Positions 63,601-64,000 of a stretch of DNA of 64,000 nt are shown in pieces. The position numbers and the translations under genes were made by a program. Each line of letters starts with the position of its first letter. Position 1 is the first letter of the stretch. Below the pieces are notes generated by a model that was not told the DNA's origin, ran no database searches, and saw only the letters and a program-made list of their open reading frames with translations. The DNA is from Bacteroidota bacterium (GTDB taxonomy: Bacteria; Bacteroidota; Ignavibacteria; UBA10030): NCBI GenBank assembly GCA_035390885.1, contig DAOOUW010000004.1:2102-66101 (forward strand). Reading direction: 5' to 3'.

Positions 63601-64000
63601 GTATCAATTGGCAATAGGGGCGCAGGTTTTTTGTTTGTGTGTACTTCGTAGAGGTCGACAAGGAAGCGAGCTAATTCATTCTGAATATTTTTTTTGTATC
63701 GTGTCTCTTCGATGAGATCGAGATTCTCGATTCCCGACAGATGATATTTTTCGAGTATTTGACGTTCTTCTGGCTCATTAGCATTGGCTTGTGCGGTACT
63801 ATACCAGAGAAGTAATTGAAAATTCGAAGTACAAAAATACGGCGCTTTGAACTGATTTGCTTTATCACGCGCAGGATTCTTTAAGTTCTTTTCATCAAAG
63901 GCGGAATAGTGTGGGGATTTGAATTCAATGCAGCAAAGAATTCTATCGCTTCTTTCTCCTTCCCGAATGACAACATCGTTGCGCTCTGGTTCATTCTTCT
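60696..64000 (-). CDS. Type IIG (Eco57I/MmeI-like) restriction-modification fusion enzyme: N-terminal PD-(D/E)xK nuclease, gamma-class N6-adenine methyltransferase and a C-terminal target-recognition region. The N-terminus lies beyond the right window edge.
   Basis: The reading frame stays open on the minus strand from 63614 up to position 64000, and the 'M' at 63614 in the ORF track is a TTG inside the protein. The nuclease motif is 'DVVIREGERSDRILCCIEFK' (D...E.K). MTase motif I is 'VLDPSCGAGTFL' and motif IV is 'IVGNPPY'. More than 1100 aa are in the window. Confidence 0.7.
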   Translation of the reverse strand, partial: KNEPERNDVVIREGERSDRILCCIEFKSPHYSAFDEKNLKNPARDKANQFKAPYFCTSNFQLLLWYSTAQANANEPEERQILEKYHLSGIENLDLIEETRYKKNIQNELARFLVDLYEVHTNKKPAPLLPIDTFLVFRLQEKINILSKFYRRIISDKTHKDSKFSASLQRWFFDQGWSFSWQEEDFEKAARQAAYLLVNKVLFYDLLQAKRPHDFDRLSIPEDLTKGGLLQSYLEGYFKEVLKIDYKTIYSADFIDQVAFPDDRQVVNEIKEMVNLLRRYDFSKIGYDVIGSIFERLIPTEERHILGQYFTNPDVVDLILRFCLKHENDKVLDPSCGAGTFLVRAYQHKKMMNMRLDHNTILKTLWGVDIAKFPAHLATINLAINDLSVNENYPQVIREDFFNLQLGGREEFSDEARRTRLSTLDAASVVIEYPTIVDCIVGNPPYTRQEEIADISSLETYKEELIQKALYNGSKKIAEISKRAGVYAYFFVHGTKFLPEGGRFGFVVANSWLDVEYGKGLQEFFMKYYKIVTIIESKVERWFADADVNTCIVILEKCANKQERNDNIVRFVYLPKPLRYFIPPAQDLWEKQLQRLTEIDKLIKTILAHNELYENEEMRIYPKKQSDLWEEGLEQIEEDGEVVTKYAGSKWGKYLRAPEIFFKILEKGKDKLIPLKEVADVRRGFTTGANEFFYLTEEEIKAKRIEKEFFEPIIFSLKEVKGYTVDKKKLSKRVLICHKQKEELKGTRLLKYILEGEKRGFHKRPTCASREPNPWYSLGRGWRYAPIIFPAKVGERMPVFLNKRVFEDKKLYGILPHNEADIKIIAALLNTTFTRLFVEFSCRQLTGAQAIADIDVAVVEKLLIPNLTSISNQLRKKIEGAFDELLATSSESLFKEIGREPATITLDDVKPELRKLDAIVATEIFGLNDEEQLEAYRAVVDLVKSRLEKSDSVLKERKTKNGIDIDALVKVIVEKVGEETLGAFFRNEIAPLKLLVNKTLPRATGEVRIEQELFNWYLIIGKKKVKCNSELEARYLKVWAEAGVEQVKIPKDEKALKKIVPKLEKLKETIDGTVQEYLNSVLDRKARATIEHYVWAELVK

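Overview
This window looks like a chromosomal region from a low-GC bacterium of the Fibrobacteres-Chlorobi-Bacteroidetes (FCB) group. Three things point that way. One secreted glycoside hydrolase carries a type IX secretion C-terminal sorting domain. Shine-Dalgarno sites are used. The carbohydrate-active enzymes (CAZymes) are not accompanied by SusC/SusD transporters; an Ignavibacteria-like lineage is a guess. Gene density is high, about 50 CDS plus one tRNA-Gly(CCC), and no CRISPR array, rRNA or intact mobile element was found.

The content falls into five blocks:
1. Positions 1-9448 hold a xylan-degradation locus: a GH43 fragment, GH51 arabinofuranosidase, an esterase, GH67 alpha-glucuronidase, a GH11 xylanase lipoprotein, a formylglycine-generating-enzyme (FGE) sulfatase domain lipoprotein and a hypothetical lipoprotein.
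2. A long housekeeping stretch follows: mfd, typA, rodZ-like, ligA, xerD, dxr-rseP, cdaA plus a DHH/NrnA-type phosphoesterase, yicC-gmk-rpoZ-coaBC, a family-4 uracil-DNA glycosylase, an mbfA-like ferritin-VIT fusion, dnaB, efp, rpsT, aspA and a PLP-dependent trans-sulfuration enzyme.
3. A second small CAZyme pair consists of a GH44-like hydrolase with a T9SS sorting domain and an alpha/beta hydrolase.
4. A PIF1-family helicase is present.
5. A large type IIG restriction-modification fusion enzyme runs off the right edge of the window.

The main non-textbook observations are these:
- A roughly 135-nt intergenic element occurs twice, at 9.49 kb and 59.46 kb. It has a cloverleaf-like secondary structure supported by compensatory base changes, and a small ORF overlaps its 5' half.
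- The cdaA gene is fused to a YbbR/CdaR-like domain and sits next to a DHH/DHHA1 phosphoesterase.
- Downstream of dxr-rseP there are three secreted or outer-membrane proteins, one with a FecR-like domain, where bamA would normally be expected.
- Two rho-independent-terminator-like hairpins oriented on the minus strand lie in a region with no minus-strand gene.
- A radical-SAM/SPASM protein has a long upstream leader containing tiny ORFs.

All functional calls rest on motif recognition by eye from the translations. No database search was run.
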